DNA of 64,000 nt from contig OZ024740.1 in assembly GCA_964016885.1 (NCBI GenBank), forward strand, positions 267,034,001-267,098,000. The letters are read 5' to 3'. Source of the stretch: Eledone cirrhosa. Its lineage: Eukaryota. The notes below the pieces were generated by a model. The model was not told the DNA's origin. It saw nothing but the letters and a program-made list of their open reading frames with translations, and ran no database searches. Positions within the stretch are counted from its first letter, which is position 1, and each line of letters opens with the position of its first letter. The position numbers and the translations under genes were made by a program. Shown piece by piece: positions 60,321 to 64,000 of this stretch.

Positions 60321-60589
60321 TACTTTCGCTCTATCATTTTTTTTTCCTCAGTTGTGTTTTATTCGTCAGCATCTCACATATTTCCTCTATCTATCTCTTC
60401 CATTATTTCTATATCCAGTGTTGTTTAATTTTCCAATGATGGAAAACTTTAGCTCTTCTTCCTTTTTTCAAATACTTTAAACACAAAAGGAAGCACTTTT
60501 AGATGTAAATGAAATATTATTGTTTTTTTAATAAAAATTTAATATTAAGTGTGATTATACCGAATATTGAACTCCCGAATTTTTTACTA

Positions 60590-60662
60590 AGGTTCCAGTG
60601 AGTCTCAAACTCATGACCTTCGGTGTGCTAAGCAGACGTGATAGCCACTACACTATGGGAGC
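60590..60662 (-). pseudogene. Decayed Val-type tRNA (AGC)
   Basis: As 854-926. Confidence 0.68.
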
Positions 60663-61603
60663 AATTACGGTGCAGTTTATCGAATAATTTTCTTTTATAC
60701 ATATATTTAGATTTTGAATTTTTTTATCTTGACTGATATTTATATGTATAGTCTAGACTTAGAAAAGCTAGTAACCAAAGGGTTGCATCCTAACAAATAT
60801 TGCCTCGCGATATATCAACGACTATCTAGACGTTAGCGAATTTCTTCAATTTTTTTTTAACGACAAAGTATAAATTTTAAATTTGATTGTTATTTCTAGC
60901 AGTTCCAAAAACAGCGTAGAACCTCTTTGGCGTGCTAATCTTTTCATATTTGGAAGTGTTTAAATACGGAAACTCTATAGATAATGAACACAACCACAAG
61001 GATATAGTCCCAACGTGGAAGAGCTGAACTCTCACTGTCATCGCCTCCATCACTCTCGCCCTCCCCATCTTTCTGTATGGTGAAAATTGGGGTCCCACGT
61101 GTTGGTCCCCCCACAGCCCCGGCGGACAGAATGGAGAAGGCGTTTTCCCGGAGGTTAGTAAGGAATATGCACTGGAAGAGCCATTCTAACTCCGAGGCCC
61201 AAACCTGCGTCTAGCCAGCTCAGTGCCAATTGTGGTGCGTAGAGAAGTACTCCTAGAGCCAAGTTCACCAGAAGTCTTTACTGCAGAGGGCACGATAGCA
61301 AACCTGTCGTAGAGGGATCGGTTCTGGCCTTGTCAAACACGTTTACGTTTCTCCCAATTTAGTGAAAGTTGTATAAATTTAGAAGCTGTTGATTAACAAT
61401 GTAAATACAACGTTATGAATGGTTACTAATATTTAGCATCTACGTCAAGTACTTTTGTCAAACCCAGGTCAGCACAATTCCAGCATTGGTAAAATATACA
61501 GTACTGGATATAGTAATCGACAGGAAGTTAGTCAGACGAAATATCTGAGATTCTATCAAACACAACACAATATGAAATAGAAGGAAAAAAAAGAAGCATA
61601 TAA

Positions 61604-61676
61604 AGGTTCCAGCGCGTTTCGAACTCACGACCTTCTGCGTGTAAAGCAGATGTGATAACCACTACACCATAGAACC
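61604..61676 (-). tRNA. tRNA-Val-TAC: tRNA-Val(TAC), variant
   Basis: Two changes from consensus. Confidence 0.62.
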
Positions 61677-61797
61677 AGATGATTGCTTCGATCAAATATT
61701 TTCTTATCAAATACAGTTACATTTGTTTTAATTTAGTGAAATTGAAACAAATATAAATGTGCTTGATGAGGCAATATTTGTTCAGCAATAAACGTGC

Positions 61798-61870
61798 GGT
61801 TTCATGGTGTAGTGGTTATCACATCTGCTTAACACGCAGAAGGTCGTGAGTTCGAAACTCGCTGGAACCT
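61798..61870 (+). tRNA. tRNA-Val-AAC: tRNA-Val(AAC)
   Basis: Near consensus (U5:G68). Confidence 0.75.
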
Positions 61871-62141
61871 TAATTTCGCTCTATCATTTTTTTTTTCCTC
61901 AGTTGTGTTTTATTCGTCAGCATCTCACAAATTTCCTCTATCTATCTCTTCCATTATTTCTATATCCAGTGTTGTTTACTTTTCCAATGATGGAAAATTT
62001 TAGCACTTCTTCCTTTTTATCTAATACTTTAAAAACAAAAGGAAGCATCTTTAGATGTAAATGAAATATTATTGATTTTTTAATTAAAATTAAATATTAA
62101 GTGTGATTATACCGAATATTGAACTCCCGACAATTTGACTA

Positions 62142-62214
62142 AGGTTCCAGTGAGTCTCAAACTCATGAGCTTCTGTGCGCTATGAAGGTGTGACAGCTAC
62201 TACACTATGGGAGC
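62142..62214 (-). pseudogene. Decayed Val-type tRNA (AGC)
   Basis: As 9134-9206. Confidence 0.62.
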
Positions 62215-63155
62215 AATTACGGTCCAGTTTATCGAATAATTTTCTTTTATAGATATCTTGTGAATTTGAATTTTTTTTATCTTGACTAATATTTATATGT
62301 ATAGTCTAGACTTAGAAAAGCTAGTAACCAAAGGGTTGCATCCTAACAAATATTGCCTCGCGATATATCAACGACTATCAATACGTTAGGGAATTTCTTC
62401 AATTTTTTTTAACGACAAAGTATGAATTTGAAATTTGATTGTTATTTCTAGCAGTTCCAAAAACAGCGTAGAACCTCTTTGGCTGGCTAATCTTTTTATA
62501 TTTGGAAGAGTTTAAATACGGAAACTCTATAGATAATGAACACAACCACGAACATAGGGTCCGAACGTGGACGAACTGAATTCTCACTGTCATCGCCTCC
62601 ATCACTCTCCTCCTCCCCATCTTTCTGTATGGTGAAAAAATGGTGTCCCACATGTTGGTCTCCCCACAGCCCTGGCGGACAGAATGGAGAAGGCGTTTTC
62701 CCGGAGGTTAGTAAGGACGATGCACTGGAAGAGCCATTCTAACTCCGAGGCCCAAACCTGCGTCTAGACAGCTCAGCGCCAATTGTGGTGCGTAGGCAAG
62801 TAGCCCTAGGGCCAAGGACACCAGAAGTCTCTACTACCGAGGGCACGACCGCAAACCTGTCGTAGAGGGATCGGTTCTTGCCCTGTCAAATACGTTTACG
62901 TTTCTCCCAATTTAGTGAAACTTGTACAAGTTTAGAAGCTGTTGATTAACAATGTAAATACAACGTTATTAATGGTTACTAATATTTAGCATCTACGTCA
63001 AGTACTTTTGTCAAACCCAGGTCAGCATAATTCCAACATTGGTAAAATATACAGTACTGGATATAGTAATTGACGGGAAGTTAGTCAGAAGAAATATCTG
63101 AGATTCTATCAAACACAACACAATATGAAATAGAAGGAAAAAAAGAAGCATATAA

Positions 63156-63228
63156 AGGTTCCAGCGAGTTTCAAACTCACGACCTTCTGCATGTAAAGCA
63201 GATGTGATAACCACTACACCATGGAACC
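63156..63228 (-). tRNA. tRNA-Val-TAC: tRNA-Val(TAC), B-box variant
   Basis: T-loop TTTGAAA. Confidence 0.6.
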
Positions 63229-63349
63229 AGATGATTGCTTCGATCAAATATTGTCTTATGAAACACATTTTCATTGGTTTTAATTTAGTGAAATTGAAAC
63301 AAATATAAATGTGGTTGATGAGGCAATATTTGTTGGACTGTAAACGTAT

Positions 63350-63422
63350 GGTTCCATGGCGTAGTGGTTATCACATCTGCCTAACACGCAAAAGGTCGTG
63401 AGTTCGAAACTCGCTGGAACAT
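63350..63422 (+). tRNA. tRNA-Val-AAC: tRNA-Val(AAC), degenerate
   Basis: Several changes. Confidence 0.52.
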
Positions 63423-63512
63423 TACTTTCGCTCTTTTATTTTTTTCTCTCAGTTGTGTTTTATTTGTCAGCATCTCACATATTTCCTTTATCTATCTCTT
63501 CCATTATTTCGA

Positions 63513-63617
63513 ATCCCGCCGAGGTTGTCTTTGCCTTTCATCCTTACAGGGTCGATAAAATAAAGTACAGGTAATGCACTGGGCAAAATTGCTGGCCTTG
63601 TGCCTAAAGTAGAAACA
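63513..63617 (+). mobile_element. SINE fragment
   Basis: As 24-127. Confidence 0.7.
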
Positions 63618-63805
63618 GTTATTTCTATATGCAGTGTTGTTTACTTTTCCAATGATGGAAAACTTTAGCCATTCTTCCTTTTTTCAAATACTTTAAAAAC
63701 AAAAGGAAGCATCTTTAGATGTAAATGAAATATTACTGTTTTTTAAATTAAAATTTAATATTAAATGTGATTATACTGAATATTGAAATCCCGACAATTT
63801 GACTA

Positions 63806-63878
63806 AGGTTCCAGTGAGTCTCAAAATCATGACCTTCTGTGTGCTAAGCAGACGTGATAGCCACTACACTATCGGAGC
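63806..63878 (-). pseudogene. Decayed Val-type tRNA (AGC)
   Basis: As 854-926. Confidence 0.65.
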
Positions 63879-64000
63879 AATTACGGTGCAGTTTATCGAA
63901 TAATTTTCTTTTATACATATATTGTGAATTTGAATTTTTTTATCTTGACTAATATTTATATGTATAGTCTAGACTTAGAAAAGCTAGTAACCAAAGGGTT

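Larger units (their letters stand above)
1..64000. repeat. Tandem array of ~1.55-kb tRNA-Val units with deletion variants and higher-order duplications; continues past both window edges
   Basis: The same unit recurs every ~1540-1555 bp (e.g. tRNA starts 10149, 11701, 13251, 14802, 16354, 17905). Confidence 0.97.

Noticed and set aside
1141-63274. Recurrent 60-100 aa ORFs (e.g. ...WFHGVVVITSALHAEGREFETRWN..., MGRARVMEAM...)
   Set aside because: They are translations through tRNA genes and the CRE UTR; starts, stops and frames vary between units.
1-64000. CRISPR-like or bacterial repeat system
   Set aside because: No unique spacers or cas genes; content is eukaryotic Pol III genes and transposons.

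Overview
Eukaryotic, AT-rich DNA with no intact protein gene; a SINE fragment suggests an octopus/mollusc host (inference). Nearly all 64 kb is a tandem array of ~1.55-kb units. Each unit holds a head-to-head tRNA-Val pair embedded in a ~500-bp imperfect palindrome, a third decayed Val-type tRNA with an AGC anticodon, and a 5'-truncated CRE-like (RLE) non-LTR retrotransposon remnant. By manual count there are 78 Val genes/pseudogenes (TAC, AAC, CAC and one CCC anticodon on one body, nearly all with U73) and 33 decayed third copies. Insertions: two near-identical defective Gypsy/Mag-like LTR retrotransposons (4047-8271, 34392-38664; one insertion duplicated with the array), a 674-bp hAT/Charlie MITE (51567-52240), and a SINE fragment in 14 units. 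The most striking observation is that the LTR element has no TGG primer-binding site. Instead the 12 nt abutting its 5' LTR are complementary to nt 1-12 (the 5' end) of tRNA-Phe and sit in the loop of a U5-leader stem, suggesting priming by a short 5' tRNA fragment. Coordinates were counted by hand; family assignments come from recalled motifs, not database searches.
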